Positions 12,150 to 26,609 are shown, counted from the first letter of the stretch. The stretch is DNA of 64,000 nucleotides from Scyliorhinus canicula (GCF_902713615.1 NC_052172.1:6801337-6865336), one strand, 5' to 3'. Translations and numbers: made by a program. Notes: generated from the letters alone by a model not told the origin.

Positions 12150-15100
12150 TGAAGTGACATCACAGTAAACCTGTGACCCGATTGGCTGGTTGGGAATCTA
12201 CACTAAATTTAAAAATTAAGCATTGTTAATCTAATTAAACATAATTACTTGATTACTTAATTATAATTTACTGGTGTATCTGAGCCAAAGATCGGAGAGT
12301 ACTGTATTTAGCTTTCAGATTTATAGTAGAAATCTAGTGCTCGGAAACATATAGTTAACAGTAACTTTTAAAAATGTTAAATTTAATTTACTATTTAATT
12401 GATGCAATGTCAATTAGAGGGGTGCATTGCTCTGACTGTGAGATGTGTCAGGTCCAGGAGGCATCCAGCGTCCAGGATGGCTTAATCTGCAGAAAGTGCA
12501 CCCAACTGGCTCCTCACAGACCGCATGGTTTGGTTGGAGCAGCAGTTGGATGCACTTAGCAGCATGCAGGTGGCGGAAAGCGTCATTGATAGCAGTTATA
12601 TAAATGTGGTCACACCCAAGGTCCAGGCAGAGAAATGGGTGACCACTAGAAAGGGCGGACAGTCAGTGCAGGAATCCCCTGTGGTTGTCCCCCTCTTGAA
12701 CAGGTATACCCCTTTGGGTACTGTCGGGGGGGATAGCCTATCAGCGGAAAACAGCAACAGCGAAAGCAGTGGCACCACGGCAGGTTCTGATGTTCAGCAG
12801 GGAGGGTCAAAGCGCAGAAGAGCAATAGTAATAGGGGACTCTATAGTCAGGGGGACAGATAGGCGCTTCTGTAGACATGAAAGAGACTCAAGGATGGCGT
12901 GTTTCCTCCCTGGTGCCAGGGTCCAGGATGTCTCTGAACGGGTAGCGGGAATCCTGAAGGGGGAGGGCAAACAGGCAACGGTCGTTGTACATATTGGTAC
13001 GAACGACAGAGGCAGGAAGGGGCATGAGGTCCTGCAGCAGGAGTTCAGGGAGCTAGGCAGAAAGTTAAACGACAGGACCTCTGGGGTTGTAATCTTGGGA
13101 TTACTCCCTGTGCCACGTGCCAGTGAGGCTAGTAACAGGAAGATGGACCAGCTAAATATGTGGCTAAACAGCTGGTGAAGGAGGGGGGGGGGGTTTCCGT
13201 TATCTGCACCACTGGGATTTCTTCCGGGGCAGGTGTGACCTGTATAAGAAGGACGGGTTGCATCTAAACTGGAGAGGATAAATATCCTGGCCGCGAAATT
13301 TGCTCATGTTACACGGAAGGGTTTAAACTAGTATGGCAGGGGGGTGGCTACCGGAGCAATAGGTCAGAAGGTGAAAGCATTGAGGGAGAACTAGGGAATA
13401 GGGTGATTATGGATATGAGGAAGAGCAGACAGGGAGATATTGCTAAAAATTGCGGGTCTGGTGGCCTGAAGTTCATATGTTTTAAGGCAAGAAGTATCAC
13501 GGGTAAGGCAGATGAACTTAGAGCTTGGATTAGTACTTGGAACTATGATGTTGTTGCCATTGCAGAGACCTGGTTGAGGGAAGGACACGATTGGCAGCTA
13601 AACGTTCCAGGATTTAGATGTTTCAGGTGGGACAGTGAGGGATGTAAAAGGGGTGGAGGAGTTGCGCTACTGGTGTGGGAGAATATCACCGCTGTACTAT
13701 GGGAGGGTACCTCAGAGGGCAGCGAGGCTATATGAGTAGAAATCAGGAATAAGAAGAGTGCAGTCACAATGTTGGGTGTTTACTACTGGCTTCCCAACAG
13801 CCAACAAGATATAGAGGAGCAGATAGGTAGACAGATTTTGGAAACGAGTAAAAACAACAGGGTTGTTGTGATGGGAGACTTCAACTTCCCCAATATTGAC
13901 TGGGACTCAAAAGGGGCTTAGACGGGGCAGAGGTTGTAAGGAGCATCCAGGAGGGCTACTTAAAACAATATGTAGACAGTCCAACTAGGGAAGGGGCAGT
14001 ACTGGCCTGGTATTGGGGAATGTGCCCGGTCAGGTGGTAGAGGTTTCAGTAGGGGGAGAATTTCGGGAACAGTGACCACAATTCAGTAAGTTTTAACGTG
14101 CTGGTGGACAAGGATAAGAGTGGTCCGAGGGTGAATGTGCTAAATTGGGGGAAGGCTAATTATAACACTATTAGGCGGAAACTGAAGAACATAGATTGGG
14201 GGCGGATGTTTGGTAGTAAATCAACATCTGACATATGGGAGGCTTTCAAATTTCAGTTGAAAGGAATTCAGGATCGGCATGTTCCTGTGCGGAAGAAGGA
14301 TAAATACGGCAAATTTTGGGAACCTTGAATAACGAGCGATATTGTTGGCCTCGTCAAAAAGAAAAAGGAAGCATTTGTCAGGGCTAGAAGGCTGGGAACA
14401 GACAAAGCCTGTGTGGAATATAAGGAATGTAGGAAGGAACGTAAGCAAGGAGTCAGGAGGGCTAGAAGGGGTCACGAAAAGTCATTGGCAAATAGGGTTA
14501 AGGAAAATCCCAAGGGTTTTTACACCTACATAAAAAGCAAAAGGGTAACCAGGGAAAGGATGGGCCCACTGAAGGACAGGGGAGGTAATCTATGTACGGA
14601 GCCAGAGGAAATGGGTGAACTACTAAATGAATACTTTGCATCAGTATTCGCCAACGAGAAGGAATTGGTGGATGTTGCATCTGGAGAAGGGTATGTAGGT
14701 AGCCTGGGTCAGATTGAGATACAGGAAGACGAGGTGTTGGGCGTCTTGAAAAATATTAAGATAAATAAGTCCCCAGGGCCTGATGGGATCTACCCCAGAA
14801 TACTGAAGGAGTCTAGAGAGGGAATTGCTGTTGCCTTGACCGAAATCTTTGGATCTGCACTGTCTTCAGGCGATGTCCCGGATGACTGGAGATGAGCGAA
14901 TGTTGTTCCTTAGTTTAAGAAGGATAGCAAGGATAATCCAGAGAACTGCAGGTCGGTGAGCCTTACGTCAGTGGTAGGGAAATTACTGGAGAGAATTCTT
15001 CGGGACAGGAAATGCTCTCATTTGGAAGCAAATGGACGTATTGGTGAGAGCCAGCATGGTTTTGTGAAGGGGAGGTCGTGTCTCACTAACTTGATAGAGT

Positions 15101-16335
15101 TTTTCAAAGAGGTCACAAAGCCGATTGATGCAGGTAAGGCAGTCGATGTTGTCTATATGGTCTTCAGTAAGTCCTTTGACAATGTCCCTCTTGGTAAACT
15201 GGTACACAAGGTCAAGTCACACTGGATCAGGTGTGAGCTGTCAAGGTGGATACAGAACTGGCTGGGTCGTAGAAGGCAGAGAGTAGCAATGGAAGGGTGC
15301 TTTTCTAATTGGAGGGCTGTGACTAGTGGTGTTCCACAGGGATCAGTGCTGGGACCTTTGCTGTTCGTAGTCTATATAAACGATTTGGAGGAAAATGTAA
15401 CTGGTCTGATGAGTAAGTGTGCAGATGGCACAAAGCTTGGTGGAATTGCGGATAGTGATGAGGACTGTCAGAGGATACAGCAGGATTTAGATCGTTTTGA
15501 GACTTGGGCAGAGAGATGGCAGATGGAGTTTAATCCGGACAAATGTGAGGTAATGCATTTTGGAAGATCTGATGCAGGTAGGGAATATACAGTGAATGGT
15601 AGAACCCTCAAGAGTATTGAAAGTCAGAGAGATCTAGGTGTACAGGTCCACAGGTCACTGAAAGGGGCAACACAGGTGGAGAAGGTAGTCAAGAAGGCAT
15701 AAGGCATGCTTGCCTTCAGTGGCCAGGGCATTGAGTATAAGAATTGGCAAGTCATGTTGCAGCTGTATAGAACCTTAGTTAAGCCATACTTGGAGTATAG
15801 TGTTCAATTCTGGTCGCCACACTACCAGAAGGATGTGGAGGCTTTAGAGAAGGTGCAGAAGAGGTTTACCAGGAGGTTGCCCGGTATGGAGGGCATTAGC
15901 TATGAGGAGCTGCTGAATAAACTCCGTTTGTTCTCACTGGAACGACGCAGGTTGAGGGGCGACCTGATAGAGGTCTACAGAAGTGTGAGGGGATAGACAG
16001 AGTCGATACTCAGAGGCTTTTTCCCACTGTAGAGTGGTCAATTACTCGGGGTCACAAGTTTAAGGTGCGAGGCACAAGGTTTAGAGGAAATATACGAGGC
16101 ACGTTTTTTACACAGAGGGTAGTGGGTGCCTGGAACTCGCTGCCGGAAGAGGTGGTGGAAGCAGGGACGATAGTGACATTTGAGGGGCATCTTGACAAAT
16201 ACATGAATAGCATGGGAATAAAGGGAGACGGTCCCAGAAAGTGTAGAAGGTTTTAGTTTAGATGGGCAGCATGGTCGGCACGGGCTTGGAGGGCCGAAGG
16301 GCCTGTTCCTGTGCTCTACTTTTCATTGTTCTTTG
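12150..16335 (+). mobile_element. Near full-length, inactivated CR1 LINE (ORF1 zinc finger + SGNH esterase; ORF2 endonuclease-RT)
   Basis: CSDCEMC..CRKC, GDSIVRG..HIGTND, APE motifs (MGDFNFP, SDH), [14 protein letters not shown], 3' tail ending in gttcttt-like repeats; many stops and frameshifts. Confidence 0.92.
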
Positions 16336-16854
16336 GTAGGTAGTCTCAAGTTCCTCCTGAATTTCCAAGACTTCCCTTTCCAGTGCCACACCAAGCTGAA
16401 TCTTCCGACGTTCTTCCAAAGTGTTTTCAGCCAGTCTCTGTGCATTTCCCAATGAGCTTCCGACACGAGGTCCACGTTGCTGCCTCAATGGGTCTTAAAT
16501 CCCCACAAGCTCCATTGTGCCAGAAACATCCTCTTGCAAACATCCTCCTCTGGCAGCAATAACTTCATCGTCCAGCAGCACATGTCTCTGCCTCCTCATA
16601 TGCCTCGGTCCACAAACCCCAACAGCCCCTCTTCTGTGCCAATGTGTGAGCAGCGGCGCTTGAGTTTCTAGGTTTGGACTTTGGCTTTTTTTCTCATTGA
16701 TCATGGACACTTATCACGTGATCTCCGGGCAGAGCTCAGCAATTTCATCATCCCCACTGGGACATTATCTGTGACCTTAAATTAGAAGAGTTAGCTGAAT
16801 AGCCTTATAAAGTGTGGCCTTTCGGGTCGATGGAGATGAACATTTTCAAAGATT

Positions 16855-17165
16855 TCATAGACTTCTGACAACGCAGGAGGAGGCAATTCGGTCCGTCGAA
16901 GCGCAGCCCACCTCGGGTCAGGCACCCACTCTATCCCCATAAGCCAGGAACCCTAACTAACCTGCTGGACACTAAAGGCAATTTAGCATGGCCAATCCAC
17001 CTAACCTGCACATCTTTGGGCTGTGGGAGGAAACCGGAGCACCCGGAGGAAACCTACGCAGACACGGGGAGAACGTGCAAACTCCGCACAGTCACCCGGA
17101 GTCAAAATTGAACCCATGTCCCTGGCGCAGTGAGGCAGCAATGCTAACCACTGTGCCGCCCTGGA
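16855..17165 (-). mobile_element. HE1/V-SINE-type SINE
   Basis: Reverse-complement head/core/tail. Confidence 0.85.
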
Positions 17166-18084
17166 TGATGACGGTGGGGAATGAGCTGGGGGAGTGCGGA
17201 TGCTGGAATTCCAGATCAAGGGACAGAATCTTCAAATTAACAGCAAGCTGGTCAGTACTGATGTCAGGAGGCATTTAGTGACACCAACTGGAACAGTGTC
17301 CCCTGTAAAAAAAACTTTCGAGGGTGGAATTGAATTGGAAATTTCAACAGAAAATTGGGGTTTACAAACACATCAGCCATGATTACATCATTAAAAAATG
17401 TCAAGGTGCTGAATAGCCTCCTGATATTTCTGAAGAACAACTTCATGGGGGGGGGGGGGGGGGTTAAACCCAACAGAGTTTCATTCGGTTTCTCCACAGT
17501 GCACCTAAGGGAGATTAATCAGGGCAGTTTCCAATTTATAAGAATGAGTGTGTTGTGGAGCAACAAGGGAATTTAAGTGTCCACAGACACAAACAATGTG
17601 AAACACAGAATGAGGCAAGATGGAATCATGGAACCTAATCGAATTCAGCCTTTATATCAATAGAATGTCATACAAAATGGATTCTCTTGGATTTCTTACA
17701 GAACCGCAAGCATCGGAAACACTGCTCTGCTGGTGGGAAGCGGACCTCAGGGCGAATATATCGGACCAAGGAGGCAGTCAGAATAGTACCAAATGTTAGA
17801 GATAAAATTACAGGGCACAGGGCACAAGACGTTGACATAAGAACATAAGAACTACGAGCAGCAGTAGGCCAGCTGGCCCCTGGGGCCTGCCCCACAATTC
17901 AATAAGATCATTGCTGATCTTTTTGTGGAGTCAGCTCCACTTTTCCGCCCGCTCACCGCAACTCTTAATGCCCTGACTTTTCAAAAATCTGTCCATCTTT
18001 GCCTCAAAAAACATCTAACAAGGTAGCCTCAACTGCTTCACTGGACAAGGAATTCCACAGATTCACAACCCTTTGAGTCAGGTC

Positions 18085-18400
18085 AGAACGGTAGCACAAG
18101 TGGATAGCACTGCAGCTCCGCTGCGCCAGGGCCCCGGGTTTGATTCCCTGCTGGGTCACTGTCTGTGCGGAGTCTGCACGTTCTCCCCGTGTGTGCGTGG
18201 GTTTCCTCCGGGTGCTCCGGTTTCCTCCCACAGTCCAATGACGTGCAGGCTACCTGGATTGGCCATGATAAATTGCCCTGAGTCTCCAAAAAGGTTAGGA
18301 GGGGTTATTGGGTTACGGAGAGAGGGTGGAAGTGAGGGTTCAAGTGGGTCGGACTCGATGGGCCGAATGGCCTCCTTCTGCACTGTATGCTCTCTGTCTG
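18085..18400 (+). mobile_element. HE1/V-SINE-type SINE
   Basis: Head/core/tail, nested in CR1. Confidence 0.85.
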
Positions 18401-18999
18401 TGAACAAGTTCCTCCTCAACTCAGTCCAAAATCTGCTCTCCCTTATTTTGAGGCTATGTCGCCGAGTTCTAATTTCAGCCACCAATGGATACAACCTACC
18501 TGCTTCTATCTTATCCATTCCCTTCATAATTTTATAGGTTTTCTGTATTCCCTCCTGAAGAAACATATTGCAGTGGAGCTGATTGTGTATTTTCAGCATC
18601 TGGTGTGCTGAGCATGATTTCAAATTTGCAGATGATAGGAAGATTGGAAGTGTTGGCAAGTAGGAGGAGGATTGAACGTCAAATGGACATAGACATGTTG
18701 GTGGATTGGGTGGTCAAGTGGCAGATCGAGGTTAATGCAGAGAGGTGTGAGGAGGTTCATTTTGGCAGGAGGAATCTGGAGAGACAGATGTGAAGGTTAG
18801 GTAGATTGGCGACTCCACATTGCCCCTGAGTGCCCAAGGATTAAGTGTGGCTATGGGGATGGGGCAGAGGTGTGGGAGAAATAAAGAGAGAAACTCTAAA
18901 GGACGAGCCAGAGCAGGGGGACCTCGGTGTATATGTGCAGAAAGCATTGGCAGTGGTTGGTGATGTTGAAAGAACAGTTTTCATGCATATATTCATAGA

Positions 19000-19790
19000 T
19001 AGTCATAGATAGATGTTTACAGCATGGAAACAGGTCCTTTGGCCCAGCTTGTCCATGCTGCCCAGTTTAAACTCACTACGTTAGTCCCACATGCCTGCAT
19101 TTGGCCCATATCCCTGGATACCTACCCTGCCCATGTAACTGTCTACCTGCTTGTCCAAGGGAAAAATTGTACCAGCCTCTATCACTGCCTCTTGAAGCCA
19201 ATCCAGGTTCTCAACACCCTCTGTGTGAAGAGATTTTCCCTCTGGTCTCGTTTGTATCTCTCCCCCCTCACCTTATATCTATGCCCCCTAGTTCCAGACT
19301 CCTCAACGTTTGGGAAAATATGTGGACTATCTAACTTATCTATGCTCCTCGTTGTTTTATAGACCTCTATAACATTACCCCTAAGCCTCCTACGCTCGAG
19401 GGAAAAAGTCCCAGCCTATCCAGCGTCTCCTTATAACTCAGACCATCAAGTCCTGATAGCATCCTCGTAAAGTCCTTTTGCGCTCTTTCTGGTTTAACAA
19501 TATATTTCCTTTAATAGGGTATCTAGAACTGGGCACAGTATTCCATGTGTGGTCTTATCAATGTCTTCTGCAGCTTCAACAAGATGTCCCAACTCCTGTA
19601 TACAATATTCTGACCAACACACCTAGCATGCTGAATGCCTTCTTCACCATCCTGTCCACCTGCGACTCGACCTTCAAGGAGCTATGAACCTGCACTCCTC
19701 GATCTTTTGTTATGTAACTTTCTCTAACTCCCTACCATGAACTGACTATGTCCTGCCCTCATTTGATCTACCAAAATGCATCACCTCAGT
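19000..19790 (-). mobile_element. CR1 LINE 3' fragment
   Basis: Antisense CR1 tail and RT C-terminus. Confidence 0.75.
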
Positions 19791-21377
19791 ACACCATAGT
19801 TTCCTAGGTTTTATCAATAGGGGCATTGAGTACAAGAGTAAGATGGTCATGTTGAACCTGGAGATGACACTAGATTTGCCTCATCTGGAGACGGAACCCA
19901 GTCTGGGCATAATACTTGAAGATGGATCTGGAGGCATTGGAGGGAATACAAACGAGATTCCTAAGAATGATTCCTGTGAGGGCATATTAGAGAGGTTGGG
20001 ACAATTTTTGATGGGGAACAGTGGGTCGAGAGAAGATTTGATAGAGGTATTCAACATCCTGAGGGTCATGGACAAGGTAAATAGTGAAAATCTGTTCCCA
20101 CTCGAGAGAGCATCAAGAGAGGACACCGATTCACAATCATACGTGTAGAATGAAATTCAACCAAGGCTGGTTGGAGTCTGGACGGAGCATTCAGTGGAGG
20201 TAGGTTCAATTGAGGTATTCAAAGGAGAATTGGAGTTATACCTGCAAAGTGTCAAGGGCATGTGCGATTAAATTGGAGTGGCATGGCAAGGTGGCACAGT
20301 GGTTAGCAATGCTGCCTCACGGCTCCAGGCTGCTGGGTTCATTTCAATTTCAGAGAGAGCAGAGTTCTTGAAATACATTGAAGAGAGCTTTTTATATTAA
20401 CATGTTGACGGTTCAAGAAGGCACGGTGCAGTGCTGCATCCAGCTCCGGGAATAAAAGCAGGACAGGTGTTCAAGGGAACAGTGGGGGAGCATTTTTCTG
20501 AGAGCGACCACAACGCAGTACTATTTAAATTCATCATGGAAAAGGAAAAAGATGGTCTGTCAAGAGATGATCGCCACAATAAACCTCATTTGATTCTGTG
20601 AGTAGAAGTTATTCCAAGGATAAAACACAGAAACAGGCTACAGGGGCTCAGTTGCCTCATTCTATCCTCCATAAAGCTTGTCGCAGACAAGGGGTTCATG
20701 GTCACGTAGTGCCCTCTGCTGGCCCGTTGAAGGAACATCATTTGTTTTACTCAAAACCACCTTATGGACCCTTGGTCGCTGAATGTATCTAATGGATTGG
20801 TCCCAGCAGGGTTCCTGTGAAATCCCAACATATCCCTCATCCACTTATCCAGTATATCATTTATCTCTAAGATCCACCTACGGTGTTCAGTTTAAGACAC
20901 TCTCTGTGGCGGCGAGTTCCACATACCCAGCAGCCTCTGTGTACAAAGCTTTCTCCTGAGTTCCCATTAGGTTTAATCATGACGATTTTATATTGATGAT
21001 CTCCTAAATGTGGTGTCCTCACAAGTGGAAACAGTTTCTCTCCCTCTATCAATCCCGTTTCATAATGTCAAACACCTCGATCAGCGCAGCCCCCATAACC
21101 TTCCCTTTTTTACAGAACCGAACATATTCGGTTTTTCCTGATAATGAGAACTTCTGAGTTCCATCAATGCCGCTCTCCCTTTTCCAGTTCCCCTTTTCCA
21201 ATGTTTATCTAAATCCAAACGCTGACATTGATAATCCTAATCTGATTGTCAAAAATATACAGGGTCAGCACGATAATCCACAGCTGCTGTAAGCACCGCC
21301 TGGTTTTCTAGCTCACAGCTGTCTCCTGCACCCTTTGGGGTTTTTGTTCAACTGCTCCATCTCTCTGAGTCACTGTG

Positions 21378-21848
21378 CAGACTCCAGGCGCAGTAATACA
21401 CGGCCGAGTGATTAACCCGCAGGCTGGAGGATTCCAGGGTGAACTCGGAGCCACTCGGTCTCTTGGCGGTAAACCCGTCCACCGGCTCTTTCGGTAACAC
21501 GAAACCTTTAGCAGTGGAATAAAACATCAACTGCAGCTCCTTCCCCGGGTGTTGTCGGTACCAGAAAATAGTCGGGTCACTGCTGCTCTTGACAACACAA
21601 TGCAGTTCCACACTGTCCCCGGGATATTTGGAGACAGCGGCGGGAGTCTGGCGGACAGTCTGCGAGTTCACGTCTGGGAAAGAGACAGAAGAGGAAGAGG
21701 TCAGAGCCGGGATAATCTGGGAGGTGCAGAAGGAAAGAAATAACGGAGGGAGGAAGGAAAATATAAAGGATAGTTGTTTCCAAAAAATATTCGTGGAAAG
21801 GTCTCACTGACATTGGAATAAGATCAGGAGAGTCAGTAACACACACAT
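21378..21848 (-). CDS. TRBV: TCR beta-type V segment V4, apparently functional (leader 21848-21812, V exon 21673-21378)
   Basis: Leader MCVLLTLLILFQ, GT donor, CAG acceptor; Cys23/Trp41/Cys104 intact; perfect RSS CACAGTG (21371-21377) + 23 + ACAAAAACC (21339-21347). Confidence 0.92.
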
Positions 21849-21944
21849 GTTGTCCGGGCAGACTTTCAAAATGAACTACAAGAGCGTTGAGTCTTGTTGG
21901 GGGCAGAGCGTTTTTTTAAAAAATTATTGAGGAAACGAGGAAGA

Positions 21945-22035
21945 GCGAACGGAAGTGATGGTGTTGGATGACCAGGCCCCTTCCCCTCTCAAAGCCCAGC
22001 CCCTCTGAAAGTTCCACCCCATGATTGGCTGATTG
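21945..22035 (-). promoter_or_regulatory. V4 promoter: CCAAT (22024-22028), ETS-like GGAAGT
   Basis: Same motif order as V6 promoter. Confidence 0.5.
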
Positions 22036-22463
22036 GGACAGGCGGCTCCGAAAGGGGCAGACACAGGTGAAGCGAGTGGGCAAAGCAATGGCAGATGCAG
22101 TTTCATGTGGGGAATTCTGAGGCTATCCGCGGTTGGCCTGGGGAAGAGAGAGAGGAATACTTTCTAACTGGTGTCTAGTGAGGAAGTTTGGAGCTGCAAA
22201 GACATTTAGTTGTCCTGCTCCGCTAATCATTAAAAAGAGACAGTCATGAACAGGGATCAGACATACGGTTCCGGGGAATTCTAACCTTTCTTTCCTGGGA
22301 CATGGAATGGGGAATCTTCGAGAACACTGGAAAGTTTGTCTGGTGGGCCATTCTTTCAGCTCCGGGCAGATCGCTCAGAAAGAATTAATAAAACCTGGAG
22401 AGAATTCAAAGCAGATTCAACAGAATGACACCTGGCATTAAAGTGTATTCCATCTACAAGATG

Positions 22464-22829
22464 GGCAGCACGGTAGCAGTGGGCAGCACGTTAGCATTGT
22501 GGATAGCACAATCGCTTCACAGCTCCAGGGTCCCAGGTTCGGTTCCGGCTTGGGTCACTGTCTGTGCGGAGTCTGTGCACCCTCCCAGTGTGTGCATGGG
22601 TTTCCTCCGGGTACTCCGGTTTCCTCCCACAGTTCAAAGATGTGGAGGTTAGGTGGATTGGCCATGATAAATTGCCCTTAGCGTCCAAAATTGCCCTTAG
22701 TGTTGGGTGAGGTTACTGGGTTATGGGGATGGAGTGGAGGTGTTGACCTTGGGTAGGGTGCTCTTTCCAAGAGCCGGTGCAGACTCGATGGGCCGAATGG
22801 CCTCCTTCTGCACTGTAAGATCTATGAAT
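22464..22829 (+). mobile_element. Young HE1/V-SINE-type SINE with TSD AAGATG
   Basis: TSD 22458-22463 / 22830-22835; empty paralogous site at 27107. Confidence 0.92.
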
Positions 22830-24097
22830 AAGATGTACTGCAGGAACTCACCAATGCTCCCGAGGCAGCACCTTGTAACTCATGACCACGACGCCGAGAA
22901 GGAGAAATGCAGCTGATAGTTGGGTTCATCACCACCTGGAAGCTCCTCTTCAATTTCCTCATCGTGACTTGGAAATATAACATTGTTCCTTCACAATCCT
23001 GGGACTCTCCCCCTCACTGCACTGTTGGTGTGCCTACACCTCAGGGCCTGCAGCGGTTCAAGATGACAGCTCAGCACAACCTTCTCACTGGCTATTGGGA
23101 TGTGGAAGAAATGCTGGCCTCGTCAGCAACGCTAACATCCCGTAAATAAGTAATGTGTACTTTTCTGGTCTCCTTGTCAATTAAATGTTATAATTACATC
23201 AGGAACAGTTCAGTTCAGTTGACCCACATTAATGTTTATCTGAGAAGGAAAGGTAAATCAGGTGGGGCCTTCCAGCCAATCGAGAAGAAGAAAGAAACAA
23301 ACAAACCCCTGAATATTCTCGACAAGAGTGGAGGCTGAGAGAATGTTTCCGCTTGTCGTGAGTCTAGAGATAGGAGGTACAGTTTTAAATTAGGGTCTCC
23401 CACATGAGACTGAATGAGCAGATGGTATTTTTCTTAGAAGGTCGTTTATTGGAAGTATCCTCTTTCCCAGAGAGCACTGGAGGCTGGGTCATTGAATAGG
23501 TTCAAGGGTGCGGTAGTTACACTTTGAAAATGGAACGGAATAAGGGGGTGACCTAATTGAGGCACAACATTATGAGACACCTACACAGGGTCAACAGGAA
23601 AGACTTGCTTCCCGCTAGCTCAGGGGTCAGTTACCAGGAGGCATCGGTTTAAGGTGATTGGTCGAAGGGGGCATGAGGAAAAACATTGGCAAACATCTGG
23701 AATTCACTGCCTAACTTGATAGTTGAGAGTGAAACGTTCAACTCATTTAATAGGAACCTGGATCTGTATCTGAAATGTTGTAACCGGCAAGGGAATGGAC
23801 CAGAAACTGGACAGTGCAATTCAAATGAGCGGCAAGTTTATTTTATCCTCTTTCTTGACTGGTGCATTGCTGATGGACTGAATGGCCTCTTTTAGCACCG
23901 TCACTTTTGAATGGTTCTATCATTTCAATGCTGGTTGGATATTTAAAAAGGATTAAAGATCAAAGCCATTCTCCAGTGTCGAGATATTTAATCGCTCACT
24001 TCTAACCTTCTTCTTGTGAAAAACAAGCTCCTTCACAAAACATAAACAACACAAACAGGCTGCAGCGCTGTTATAATAACCAGGTGCTTCCTGTTGC

Positions 24098-24335
24098 CTT
24101 TGGAGTTTGAACGGTTCCACTCTCTGAGTCACTGTGAACACACCAGATGCTCAAACACCCGCCTCAGTGACCCGCCTGCAGGCTGAAGGACTCCAGATTG
24201 GACAGTTTGTACAACTGCAGAGTGAAAGATCATCTTCAGCTCCCACACCGAGCAATGTCTGTGCCAGAAGATGTCATCGATAGTGGTTCCCCCACCCTCA
24301 CACTGCAGTTACCCTCTGGGGAAATTTGGAGACGA
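24098..24335 (-). pseudogene. TRBV: V5, 5'-truncated TRBV pseudogene with internal FR3 deletion
   Basis: Reads VSKFP..QCEGGGTTIDDIFWHRH; jumps from CDR2 to late FR3; stops; heptamer CACAGTG at 24130-24136; nonamer damaged; 5' part replaced by CR1 sequence. Confidence 0.75.
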
Positions 24336-26023
24336 GATGCTAATTTTGGAGCAGAGAATATTGAGAGGAAGTGTTGACAGTTTAGGTGCGGAGGGAACCT
24401 TTCCCCCTGGGAGCGGAATTCAGAACTCGGGACAATGTCTCGGGTAATCAGATTCGTGTTTAAGACGGAGATGGAGGAATTTATTCTGTGAGAAGCTGAT
24501 GGAATATTCCACCTCAGAAAACAATGGAAATTGGGGTATTGAATATATTGGACATTGAGTTAGATTGGTGACCTGCAGACGAATTGAGGGAGGGTGAGGG
24601 TGGGTTTAGGTACAGTTGGTAGTGGACTTGATGGTGTTGGATGTTGAGTTAGATTGATGGACTGATAAAGGCGTCAGAGTCATTGGGGGGGGGGGGGGGT
24701 GAGGCTGAAAAGCGGTTTCACGGCCACTGTTCAATCAGCCACAACCTTATTCAATGGCACAGCAGATTAGAGGGGCCGAATGATCTCTTCCTCCTCCTGC
24801 TCTTTTTCTGACATGTGAATGGATAAACCCTCCCGTGTCAGTAACGAGTTTATAGTTTCCCTGAACATGTGAGATTCTGTCGAATTGAAAAGTTTGTGCT
24901 GTGACCTATTATTCCAATCCCAGTAGAAACCGATTCGTGTAATAGAGACCGGAATTTCCCTGTGACGGACGGACTGTGTCACATCACAAGAATTCACATT
25001 TAAAGGCACTGTCTGTAACAAACAACTAAAATCAAGAGAGTAAACATTAATAGGTAACTAATATACCAAAATCTTAGCTAAATACTACACATACTGGGAA
25101 TCGGAAAAATAACAAGACTGAGGCAACAGAAGGCTGTTTCTCATTAACCAAATAATTGAAACTCTGACATTCTGTTGTACTTCAAACTAAAATATATAAA
25201 TGAGGAAGAATTGGGTGTGGTTCCGGTGCCGCCTCCCAATTCAAGCGGACGGAACCTTCAAGTTGGAGCCGGGCTGTTCAGTGTTGATGTCGCCAGATAT
25301 TTATTGACACAAACTGGAAACGAGGAACTTGCTCTGTCTGGAGTGAACGGGAGCTTTAACACAATCTGTCATTGAGTTTTCCTGAACCAGGACATGGAGA
25401 TTTGGGGATAAAGGCGGGATGATAGGGCCCAGAAACAGAGCGGCCATGATAGTCAATGATTGAACATTCCCAAGGGTCTGAATCGGCTCCTGCGCCGAGT
25501 AGAAGGGCTGAATGGCCTCCTACTGCTCCTGCGAAACAACTTCAGGGGAAGGTGAATGACCTAGTGCTTGGCAGAGGGAGGAAAGGCTTCCTGCTGTTCC
25601 TGAACTGAAAATTCAAGGATTCTCAATGAACGATCTGACCTTAGTTTGCGGGCTCACAGGAAGCGAATGGTCTCCTCCTGTCCCCGTGTCCTTGTTAATC
25701 TCTGTACCCGACACTGCTCCCTTTCATGGTCCTCGAGCGCCCCCTGCTGTTACTCTGGAGAAACACGTTCTGATGCTAAAATCTAAATATTTTTCCTCTC
25801 ATTCTATCCAGATGGTCAAACTCCTGAATTCTGGCTATCTCCATTGTGAGACTATCCCCAATGTCTCTATACTCAGTCACCTTTTAGAGTACCCGTATTT
25901 TGTTATTGCAATAAAAGCGTCCATTCTACAAGGACGCGATACCGCCTGGTTTTCTCGCTCACAGCTATTTGCTGCTGCCTTTGGGGTTTTTGTTGAATTG
26001 CTCCATCTCTCTGAGTCACTGTG

Positions 26024-26512
26024 CAGACTCCAGGCGCAGTAATACACGGCCGAGTGATCCACCCGCAGGCTGGAGGACTCCAGGGTAAACTCGGAGCCAC
26101 TCGGTCTCTTGGCGGTGAAACCGTCCACCGGTATCTTCGGATCCACGTCACCGCTAACCGCAGAGTAAAACATCAACAGCAGCTCCTTCCCAGGGTGTTG
26201 TCTGTACCAGAACATACGAGGGTTACTGCTGCCCTGGACACCGCAATGCAGTTCCACATTATTCCCGGGAAATTTAGAGACAGCGGCGGGAGTCTGGCGG
26301 ACAGTCTGCGAGTTCACGTCTGGGGAGTAGACAGGAGAGGAGGAGGTCAGAACCGGGGTAACCTTGGAGGTGCAGAAGGAAAGATAGAAAGATAGAAAGA
26401 AAACATGAATGCAGGAAAGAAAAACATTAAAGGATCGTTGTTAACAAAAAATATTGTTGGAAAGGTACCACTCACATTGAAATAAGACCAGGAGAGTCAG
26501 TAACACACACAT
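26024..26512 (-). CDS. TRBV: TCR beta-type V segment V6, apparently functional (leader 26512-26476, V exon 26319-26024)
   Basis: Leader MCVLLTLLVLFQ, GTGAGT donor, CAG acceptor; intact Ig-V residues; perfect RSS CACAGTG (26017-26023) + 23 + ACAAAAACC (25985-25993). Confidence 0.92.
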
Positions 26513-26609
26513 GTTGTCCGGGCAGACTTTCGAAATGAACTACAACAAGAGCATTGAGTCTTGTTGGAGCAGACCTGTTTTTTTAAATAATTGAGGAAAC
26601 GACGAAGAC

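Noticed and set aside
16340-16760. Coding-like stretch after the CR1 tail
   Set aside because: Frames broken, no splice signals; probably a transposon remnant, family not determinable.
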